47,868 bases of DNA, from the NCBI GenBank assembly GCA_018656065.1, contig JABHZY010000025.1, forward strand, positions 1 through 47,868, written 5' to 3'. The DNA comes from Candidatus Komeilibacteria bacterium (lineage in GTDB: Bacteria > Patescibacteriota > Patescibacteriia > UBA1558 > GWA2-36-10). The notes beneath the pieces are model-generated. The model was given only the letters and a program-made list of their open reading frames with translations. It searched no databases and had not been told where the DNA came from. Positions 42,189-47,868 of this stretch are shown here, one piece after another. The position numbers were made by a program, and so were the translations under genes. Positions within the stretch are counted from its first letter, which is position 1. The number at the start of each line of letters is the position of its first letter.

Positions 42189-43430
42189 TTAAACTTTATA
42201 TAAATAATAAAAAGAAGTAATAATATTGATTAGACGATTAATAGCTAGTCCAATGACCGCTCCCCAGATATCGTAGATTGGTATAAATATTATCATAGCA
42301 ATTAATCCTAAAATAAAACTACTGGATGAAATTATAAATAGCGGTTTAACTTTTTTGTGAGCAGTTAGAAAGGCACCAATTGGATAGGTAATTGAATAAA
42401 TAGCAGTGATAGCTATGACTTGAGTCAGTAATACAGCTTCTATATATTGGGGAAATAAAAATTTGAAAATATAGGGAGCTAGCAATATATAAGCAACTAT
42501 AGCTAAACTTATTAAGGCTCCTAATAATAATATTTTTTTAAGAATATGTTTACGTATTTCTTCTACAGATTTAGTAGCAAATTTTGGAAAAGAAACAGTC
42601 GCACTGATTCTAAAAAATCCTTTAATATGTTCTGGGATAGCAATGGCAAAAGTAAAAATAGCTAGTTGGGATGCGCCAAGAATTGTAAATAATAATATTT
42701 TGTCTATATATTGAGTGGCATTAGAAAAAATTTGAAAAGCATTTATACGTTTTATAAAATGATCAACCTCTGAGTCTTGTAAATCATTAGCTATATATTT
42801 TTTTTGAGAATAATTATAAAAAATAATTTTTGGTATAGCTATTGATAAAAAATAGACTAATAAAATTATATAAATATTTTGATTTAGATAAATCGTTATT
42901 AGTAAAGCTAAGGTAGAAATAGCGACTGTAATCAGATTAAAAATTGAATGTTGTTTAAATAATTTTTTGCCCTGTAATAAACTAACATAAATCCCATAAG
43001 ATTCAATTATTGGTAAAAATATAGCAATAATTACAAAAGAAGTTCCTAATATATTATTGTCTTTGATAAAATAATAAATAGCTAGAAGTAATGCAAATGC
43101 ACTAGCCAGCAAGCCCCAACGTAGTTTTTTTGAGAAACCAGTCTTTAAACTACCATCAAATCCACGACTAATTGATTGAGTAATAGCTGTATAAACACCA
43201 GGTAAGGCTAGTAAAGAAATAAATCCAAAAGCTGACAAAACATATCTATAATTTCCAAAAGTCTCTTTATCTAGCAAATTAGCATAAGCTATTGATAAGC
43301 CAAAAGATATAAGTAAGCTCAAAGCTTGATTTAAACTTAACCAAGAACCACTTTTGGCTAAATAAACCATATCAGTGTGAGTATATTTTTCACTTTTTTT
43401 AAGTAATTTGTATAATAAATTTTTAAGCAT
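42189..43430 (-). CDS. wzx: Wzx-type (MOP superfamily) polysaccharide/oligosaccharide flippase
   Basis: About 413 aa with 12 or more hydrophobic segments and a cluster context. ATG at 43430 (an ATGCTTAA overlap with the upstream stop) is preferred over the start at 43469. Confidence 0.6.
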   Translation of the reverse strand: MLKNLLYKLLKKSEKYTHTDMVYLAKSGSWLSLNQALSLLISFGLSIAYANLLDKETFGNYRYVLSAFGFISLLALPGVYTAITQSISRGFDGSLKTGFSKKLRWGLLASAFALLLAIYYFIKDNNILGTSFVIIAIFLPIIESYGIYVSLLQGKKLFKQHSIFNLITVAISTLALLITIYLNQNIYIILLVYFLSIAIPKIIFYNYSQKKYIANDLQDSEVDHFIKRINAFQIFSNATQYIDKILLFTILGASQLAIFTFAIAIPEHIKGFFRISATVSFPKFATKSVEEIRKHILKKILLLGALISLAIVAYILLAPYIFKFLFPQYIEAVLLTQVIAITAIYSITYPIGAFLTAHKKVKPLFIISSSSFILGLIAMIIFIPIYDIWGAVIGLAINRLINIITSFYYLYKV

Positions 43431-44406
43431 GTTTATAATATTCTTTGTACCAACTAATAAATTTTTCAATTCCTTCTTCTATGGACGTTTTAGGTTCAAA
43501 ATTTAATTTTTCTCTAGAATAATCTATATCGGCACAAGTATTTTCAACATCGCCAGGCTGAATATCCATCATTTGTTTCTCAGCTTTTTTATCAAGATTT
43601 TTTTCTATTAATTCTATAAAATAATTTAACTCTATTGATTTATTATTTCCCAAATTAAATATTTCATAAGGATAGGAATGATATAGGGCCGATAAAACTC
43701 CTTCAATTATATCATCTATATAAGTAAAGTCTCTTTTCATTTTACCATGATTGAAAACTTTTATTGCTTGCTTGTTATAGATAGCATCAGAAAATAAAAT
43801 AGGAGCCATATCAGGACGTCCGTAGGGCCCGTAGACTGTAAAGAAGCGGAGGCCAGTGCAATTCATGCCATATAAATGGTGATAGCTGTGAGCGATTAAT
43901 TCATTAGCTTTTTTGCTAGCAGCATAAAGAGAAATTGGTTGGTTTACATTATCTGTTATTGAAAAAGGTAGTTTTTTATTATTACCATAGACAGAACTAG
44001 AGGAGGCATAAATGAAATCTTGGATATTATTATTTTTGGCTTCATCTATAAGATTTGTAAAGCCAACTATATTTGATTGGATATAAGCATGAGGATTTTC
44101 TAAGCTATACCTTACTCCGGCTTGAGCAGCCAAGTGGCAAATTTTATTTATATTTTTATTTTCGTTTAAAACTTTTTTTACAAAACTTAAATCTTTTAGA
44201 TCGCCTTTATAAAATTTGTAGTTATCAAATTCTTTTAATATTTTATTTCTAGATTCTTTGAGACTAACATCATAATAATTATTGAAGTTGTCTATGCCAA
44301 TTACATCAATACCCATTTCCAAAAGTTTTTTGGCCACATGAAAACCAATAAAACCAGCTGAGCCGGTTACTAGTATAGTAGTTTCTTTTGGAAGTTGTAT
44401 ATTCAT
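43423..44406 (-). CDS. UDP-glucuronate 4-epimerase family NAD-dependent epimerase
   Basis: 327 aa. ILVTGSAGFIGFHVAKKLL, NFNNYYDVSLKESR, YAASKKANEL, LRFFTVYGPYGRPDMA and KRDFTYIDDI are typical of the CapI/GAE family. Confidence 0.7.
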   Translation of the reverse strand: MNIQLPKETTILVTGSAGFIGFHVAKKLLEMGIDVIGIDNFNNYYDVSLKESRNKILKEFDNYKFYKGDLKDLSFVKKVLNENKNINKICHLAAQAGVRYSLENPHAYIQSNIVGFTNLIDEAKNNNIQDFIYASSSSVYGNNKKLPFSITDNVNQPISLYAASKKANELIAHSYHHLYGMNCTGLRFFTVYGPYGRPDMAPILFSDAIYNKQAIKVFNHGKMKRDFTYIDDIIEGVLSALYHSYPYEIFNLGNNKSIELNYFIELIEKNLDKKAEKQMMDIQPGDVENTCADIDYSREKLNFEPKTSIEEGIEKFISWYKEYYKHA

Positions 44407-45767
44407 TATCTTCCTAAGCTTTTATTAAAGACGGTGTTTATAGTTTTTAGGATGATAGAAATATCGAGTGCTATAGATTGATTTTTAATATAAAATAAAT
44501 CATATTGAAGTTTTTGTTTAGCATCGTCTACGCTAGCTCCATAGGGAAAGCTTATTTGCGCCCAACCACTTAAACCAGGTTTGACTAGATGTCTTTCATT
44601 ATAAAAAGGAATTTCTTCTTTGAGCGTAGTTACGAATTCTGGTCTTTCAGGGCGAGGACCAACAAAACTCATATTACCTTTTAGAATATTTATAAATTGA
44701 GGTATTTCATCAATTCTAGTTTTACGAATGAATTTACCGACTTTGGTAATTCTAGAATCATTCTCCTTGGCCCATTGAGCACCATTTTTTTCGGCATTTT
44801 TAGCCATAGAGCGTAGTTTGTAGACAGTAAATACTTTATTATTTAAACCAACTCTTTTTTGTTTATAAATTAATGGCCCTTTAGATTCTAGTTTAATAGC
44901 CAAAGCTATAAAAGGTAATATTAATAAAGATAATAAGCCAAAAAAACTAGCCATTAATATATCGATAATTCTTTTGGAAATATTAAACCATTGTTGATTT
45001 TTTTGGGTAATATTTTCTAAAAACCAATGGCGCTCTAAAGAGCTAACAGGAATTTTACCAGTAATTTTTTCATAAAAATCTGTTAAATTAAAATATTGAA
45101 TTTTAAGATCTATATTTTCAAATAGGTAACGAGCTACTTCCGGACTATACTTTGGATCATTGATAGCTACTACAGTATTTATTTCGTGCTCTAATATTTT
45201 ATCTCTCATTTCACTAATATCACGGCTAACGTCAACGTTATTAATTTTTTCATTAATAGCAGAGGAATCAGGATTTATAATTAACTTTAATTTATAACCT
45301 AATTGAGGTTTTTTAATTATTTCTTCAGCCAATGATAATGATTCAGCATGTATGCCAATAATAGCCAGATTACTACCCAATTTATCACTGGACATCAATT
45401 TATAAAATATTTTTCGCCAGAGTAGAAAAAATATAGTAAAGATACCAACTAGAATTAATAATATGGTCTGAGGTTTGATGCCAGTAATATCACCGACTAT
45501 ATAAAAGAAGGCTATAGCTAAAACCGTATTTATAACTAAATTTTGAACTAGAGTGCCATAAAATTTAAAACCTTGTTGTACTTTTTCTATTTCGTATAAA
45601 CCATTGATAAAAAATACCAGCACCCATACGGCAAAAACAACAGTAAAAGACATTAAATGTCTATACCATAGTTCAGAATTTATATAAGAAAAGCGTAGCC
45701 ATAAAGTAATAGCCAACGCACTATAAAGTAGTGTTAGATCTCCAATTAATAAGATTATTTTCCGCAT
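44406..45767 (-). CDS. WbaP/CpsE-type polyprenyl-phosphate hexose-1-phosphate transferase (initiating phosphoglycosyl transferase)
   Basis: 453 aa with N-terminal TM segments and a central domain. The C-terminal catalytic domain reads GPLIYKQKRVGLNNKVFTVYKLRSM...DEIPQFINILKGNMSFVGPRPERPEF. Confidence 0.85.
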   Translation of the reverse strand: MRKIILLIGDLTLLYSALAITLWLRFSYINSELWYRHLMSFTVVFAVWVLVFFINGLYEIEKVQQGFKFYGTLVQNLVINTVLAIAFFYIVGDITGIKPQTILLILVGIFTIFFLLWRKIFYKLMSSDKLGSNLAIIGIHAESLSLAEEIIKKPQLGYKLKLIINPDSSAINEKINNVDVSRDISEMRDKILEHEINTVVAINDPKYSPEVARYLFENIDLKIQYFNLTDFYEKITGKIPVSSLERHWFLENITQKNQQWFNISKRIIDILMASFFGLLSLLILPFIALAIKLESKGPLIYKQKRVGLNNKVFTVYKLRSMAKNAEKNGAQWAKENDSRITKVGKFIRKTRIDEIPQFINILKGNMSFVGPRPERPEFVTTLKEEIPFYNERHLVKPGLSGWAQISFPYGASVDDAKQKLQYDLFYIKNQSIALDISIILKTINTVFNKSLGR

Positions 45768-45790
45768 TATCTTTTTTAATAATTTATTAT

Positions 45791-45820
45791 ATTATAATAA
45801 GAAACAAGTCATTTTGTCAA
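45791..45820 (-). promoter_or_regulatory. Promoter of the minus-strand wbaP-to-RGP-like operon
   Basis: The minus strand reads TTGACA (45820-45815)-N18-TATAAT (45796-45791), about 24 nt upstream of ATG 45767. Confidence 0.5.
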
Positions 45821-45877
45821 TGCAATAAAAGAAATTAAAATTAAGTTTTTTTTACTTATTTAGTCTTATTTCTTATT

Positions 45878-45905
45878 TTGTTTTATGGCTAAAATATGTT
45901 ATAAT
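45878..45905 (+). promoter_or_regulatory. Candidate promoter of the chemotaxis genes
   Basis: TTGTTT-N16-TGTTATAAT, with the -10 at 45900-45905. This is the same extended -10 as at 10569. Confidence 0.4.
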
Positions 45906-45937
45906 TTACTAATCAAAAAACAAAAATAAATTAAAAA

Positions 45938-47089
45938 ATGAAAGTATTTGAAACCAAAATCTATATTAGGTTTATATCTTGGTTTGTTGTGGTATCTGTA
46001 TTGCCAATAGCTTCTTTATTTATAGCTGTTTATTTTTTTAACCCTGAACTTTTTAATTCAGTTTTTTCACAAGCATCAAATACTAGAACTACTATATCAT
46101 TTGCTACTTTTATATCTTTAGCTTTAGTTTTATTGTTATCTTTAATAGCTACTAAATTACTTACTAAGTCAGTCACCAAGCCCATTCAAGTATCTATGAC
46201 AGAATTATCAAAGGTGGTTGATGATCTTTTCAAGAGCATACAAAATTTATCAGAACTTAGTCAAAATAATAGCGAGTTGTCACAATTTTTAATTACTAGT
46301 AGTAAAACACAAAAAAAGGGTTTGAAATCTGGTACTAAGGCAGTGTCTGGCATAGCCTCTTCATTAAATCAAATAGCTCAGAAAACAAAGTTAGCTGCTA
46401 AGAAAACCACTAGTGTTGATCAACTGGCAGCTCAAAGTGGTCAAAAATCTAAAGATGCTTTAGATAGCTTGGTAATAGTTAAACAATTACTTACTCAAAA
46501 TCAAAAATTAAGCCAAGCTCTAAACCAGTATGCCAAAGATGTTAAAAGCGTGGCTTCTGGAGTAGTAGCTTTGGCAGAAACAGCCAAGTTTATTAGCCTA
46601 AATGTATCTATTGAGGCTAGTAAAAGCTCTTTTAGTGAAGATTTTTCTTCTCTAGTAGCTCAAATCAGAGAATTAAATGTTACTAGTGAACAGGCAGCCG
46701 GAGCAATAGGAGGGATAGCTTCTGACATGCAGAGACAAATTGAACAAGGTAGAGATAGCGCTGATTATCAAAAACAAGAAACAGATAAAACTACGGAGGT
46801 AGTAGGACAGACTATCGATTTTTTGAGAAAAATTACTGCTAATGCCGCTCAAGTATCTAAGAGTGTTCAGGCTATAAATAAAGAAACGCAAGAAACCAAG
46901 GAAGATTCTAAAAATATTAGCACCGTGATTAAAAGTTTAGATAAAGAGGCTAAATCTTTAGTGACTCAGGTAGGTACAGTGACTCAGGTGATTAATCAAC
47001 AATTAGTGATTACTCGTTCGCTTAACCGTTCTTCTGCGGCGCTTAATTCAGTCACTAAAACTTTAAATGATTTAGTAGGAGAAAAATAA
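45938..47089 (+). CDS. Divergent methyl-accepting chemotaxis protein with a minimal extracytoplasmic loop
   Basis: 383 aa. Two TM segments are separated by about 20 residues. The signalling tip LAETAKFISLNVSIEASKSSFSEDFSSLVAQIRELN can be compared with the canonical [37 protein letters not shown]. Confidence 0.65.
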   Translation: MKVFETKIYIRFISWFVVVSVLPIASLFIAVYFFNPELFNSVFSQASNTRTTISFATFISLALVLLLSLIATKLLTKSVTKPIQVSMTELSKVVDDLFKSIQNLSELSQNNSELSQFLITSSKTQKKGLKSGTKAVSGIASSLNQIAQKTKLAAKKTTSVDQLAAQSGQKSKDALDSLVIVKQLLTQNQKLSQALNQYAKDVKSVASGVVALAETAKFISLNVSIEASKSSFSEDFSSLVAQIRELNVTSEQAAGAIGGIASDMQRQIEQGRDSADYQKQETDKTTEVVGQTIDFLRKITANAAQVSKSVQAINKETQETKEDSKNISTVIKSLDKEAKSLVTQVGTVTQVINQQLVITRSLNRSSAALNSVTKTLNDLVGEK

Positions 47090-47090
47090 T

Positions 47091-47510
47091 ATGGCTACTA
47101 GAGCACAAAAATTTATTTCATTTTATATAGGAGATCAACAATATGCTCTGCCTATTATGTACGGTAATAAATTCATTGAATTTAATAGATTAACAGCTAT
47201 ACCACAGGTAGATAAGGATATATTAGGTTTGATTTACCAAGGTGGGAATATTATAACTATTTTAGATATTAAAAGAATATTAAAAATTAAATCATTAAAT
47301 CAAAATATTCAACAGATTTGTCTAATGTTTGAGGTTGACGATTATCATTATGGAATATTAGTTGATCAAGGTGGAGAAACTATATCAGCTAATAGAACTT
47401 TCACTGACAGACAAAAAAAGATTTTTAAAAAATATATTAAAACAAAAGATAAGGCTAAAGTTTATATTTTAGAGCCCGACGATATTTTGGCACAAATAAA
47501 CATTTTATGA
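47091..47510 (+). CDS. cheW: Chemotaxis coupling protein CheW
   Basis: 139 aa. FISFYIGDQQYALPI and ILGLIYQGGNIITILDIKRIL fit CheW. It lies between the MCP and cheA. Confidence 0.75.
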   Translation: MATRAQKFISFYIGDQQYALPIMYGNKFIEFNRLTAIPQVDKDILGLIYQGGNIITILDIKRILKIKSLNQNIQQICLMFEVDDYHYGILVDQGGETISANRTFTDRQKKIFKKYIKTKDKAKVYILEPDDILAQINIL

Positions 47511-47868
47511 TTAGTGAGAAATACAAAGATTTATACTTGTCTACTACTCGACAACAATTGAAAAAATTGTCTGATCTTTTGCTTTATTTAGAAAAAAAGC
47601 CAAATAATCAAAATTTAATTGAAAATATTTTTAGACTAATTCATTCTATGAAAGGTGCGGCGGCCACTATGGGCTATAAAAAAACAGTTAGGCTCCTGCA
47701 TGCTATGGAATCTTTGGTAGACGCAGTTTATAATGGTGATCTTCAAGTTAATAAGAAAATATTAAATACATTTTTTGATACGCTTAATATTTTAAAAAAT
47801 AATTTTACTAGTATTGACTCTAAGAATAAAGAAATTACTTTAGATAAATACATAAAATCTCTTAAGGC
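47507..47868 (+). CDS. cheA: Chemotaxis histidine kinase CheA, N-terminal Hpt domain (3' end lies outside the window)
   Basis: ATGA overlap with cheW. The Hpt motif IFRLIHSMKGAAATMGYKKTVRLLHAMESLVD contains the HSxKG phospho-His context. Confidence 0.7.
   Translation, partial: MISEKYKDLYLSTTRQQLKKLSDLLLYLEKKPNNQNLIENIFRLIHSMKGAAATMGYKKTVRLLHAMESLVDAVYNGDLQVNKKILNTFFDTLNILKNNFTSIDSKNKEITLDKYIKSLK

Noticed and set aside
4229-43469. Upstream alternative starts used by the ORF track: TTG at 4229, 25586, 29999 and 37421, and an upstream in-frame start at 43469 on the minus strand.
   Set aside because: In each case an in-frame ATG a few codons downstream gives a typical N-terminus and a canonical 1-11 nt start-stop overlap with the preceding gene. 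At 4229 the TTG lies immediately after the predicted -10 element (4223-4228), upstream of the expected transcription start.
39325-44406. A complete UDP-GlcA to UDP-Xyl to UDP-Arap to UDP-Araf pathway (epimerase 43423-44406, SDR 40424-41470, RGP-like 39325-40419).
   Set aside because: The 348-aa SDR does not show the UDP-xylose synthase pattern and looks more like a GDP-mannose-3,5-epimerase-type SDR. The epimerase matches UDP-GlcA 4-epimerases rather than UDP-Xyl 4-epimerases. The pathway therefore cannot be supported from the sequence.
1-47868. Possible alternative genetic code (TGA as Gly or Trp, as in Gracilibacteria/Absconditabacteria or mycoplasmas).
   Set aside because: TGA closes several well-delimited genes at canonical ATGA overlaps (7522-7524, 25602-25604, 31736-31738, 47508-47510). 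All conserved proteins are full length without reading through TGA.
1-47868. Searched by eye for CRISPR arrays, tRNA/rRNA genes, transposases, integrases and terminal inverted repeats.
   Set aside because: No regularly spaced direct repeats, no T-loop GTTCRANNC-type tRNA signatures in the intergenic regions, no rRNA-like segments, and no DDE or tyrosine-recombinase-like ORFs were seen. The envelope island therefore cannot be called a mobile element.

Overview
AT-rich bacterial window that uses the standard genetic code: TGA acts as a stop and there are several ATGA/TAATG start-stop overlaps. The gene content fits a Candidate Phyla Radiation/Patescibacteria-like genome, though taxonomy cannot be proven from this window. 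Supporting traits are an spc-type ribosomal operon with no rpmD (L30) between rpsE and rplO, SD-poor starts, tightly packed or overlapping genes, and tailed S5/L15.

Layout:
(1) 1-5639: rpsN'-rpsH-rplF-rplR-rpsE-rplO-secY, a terminator, then adk-map from their own promoter.
(2) 5642-10389: ruvX, a WecA-like transferase, DUF192, small and membrane hypotheticals, a degenerate HtrA/PDZ protein and a lone antisense HTH gene.
(3) 10390-16725: an ECF sigma factor, a membrane anti-sigma-like (DUF5667-type) hyperacidic protein, a 431-bp structured non-coding leader, and a 1179-aa Cys-free, Thr/Ser-rich secreted repeat protein with a strong terminator.
(4) 16773-45767: about 29 kb of glycan machinery. 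This holds a TPR protein, two paralogous Wzy_C(O-antigen-ligase-like)-TPR fusions, six GT4 glycosyltransferases and four methyltransferases. It also holds a deoxy/branched-sugar gene set (4,6-dehydratase, SDR, split ThDP transketolase, RfbH/E1-like 3-dehydrase homolog, sugar C-methyltransferase). The remainder is a GT-C + SMR + GT2 trio, an RGP/GT75-like protein, two further SDRs, Wzx and a WbaP-type initiating transferase.
(5) 45938-end: a divergent MCP, CheW and the 5' part of CheA.

No rRNA, tRNA, CRISPR array, transposase or integrase was recognised.

Main hypothesis: blocks 3 and 4 form one surface-layer glycoprotein plus dedicated protein-glycosylation island, possibly under ECF sigma control. 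This is inference from gene order and motifs read by eye. No database search was run.
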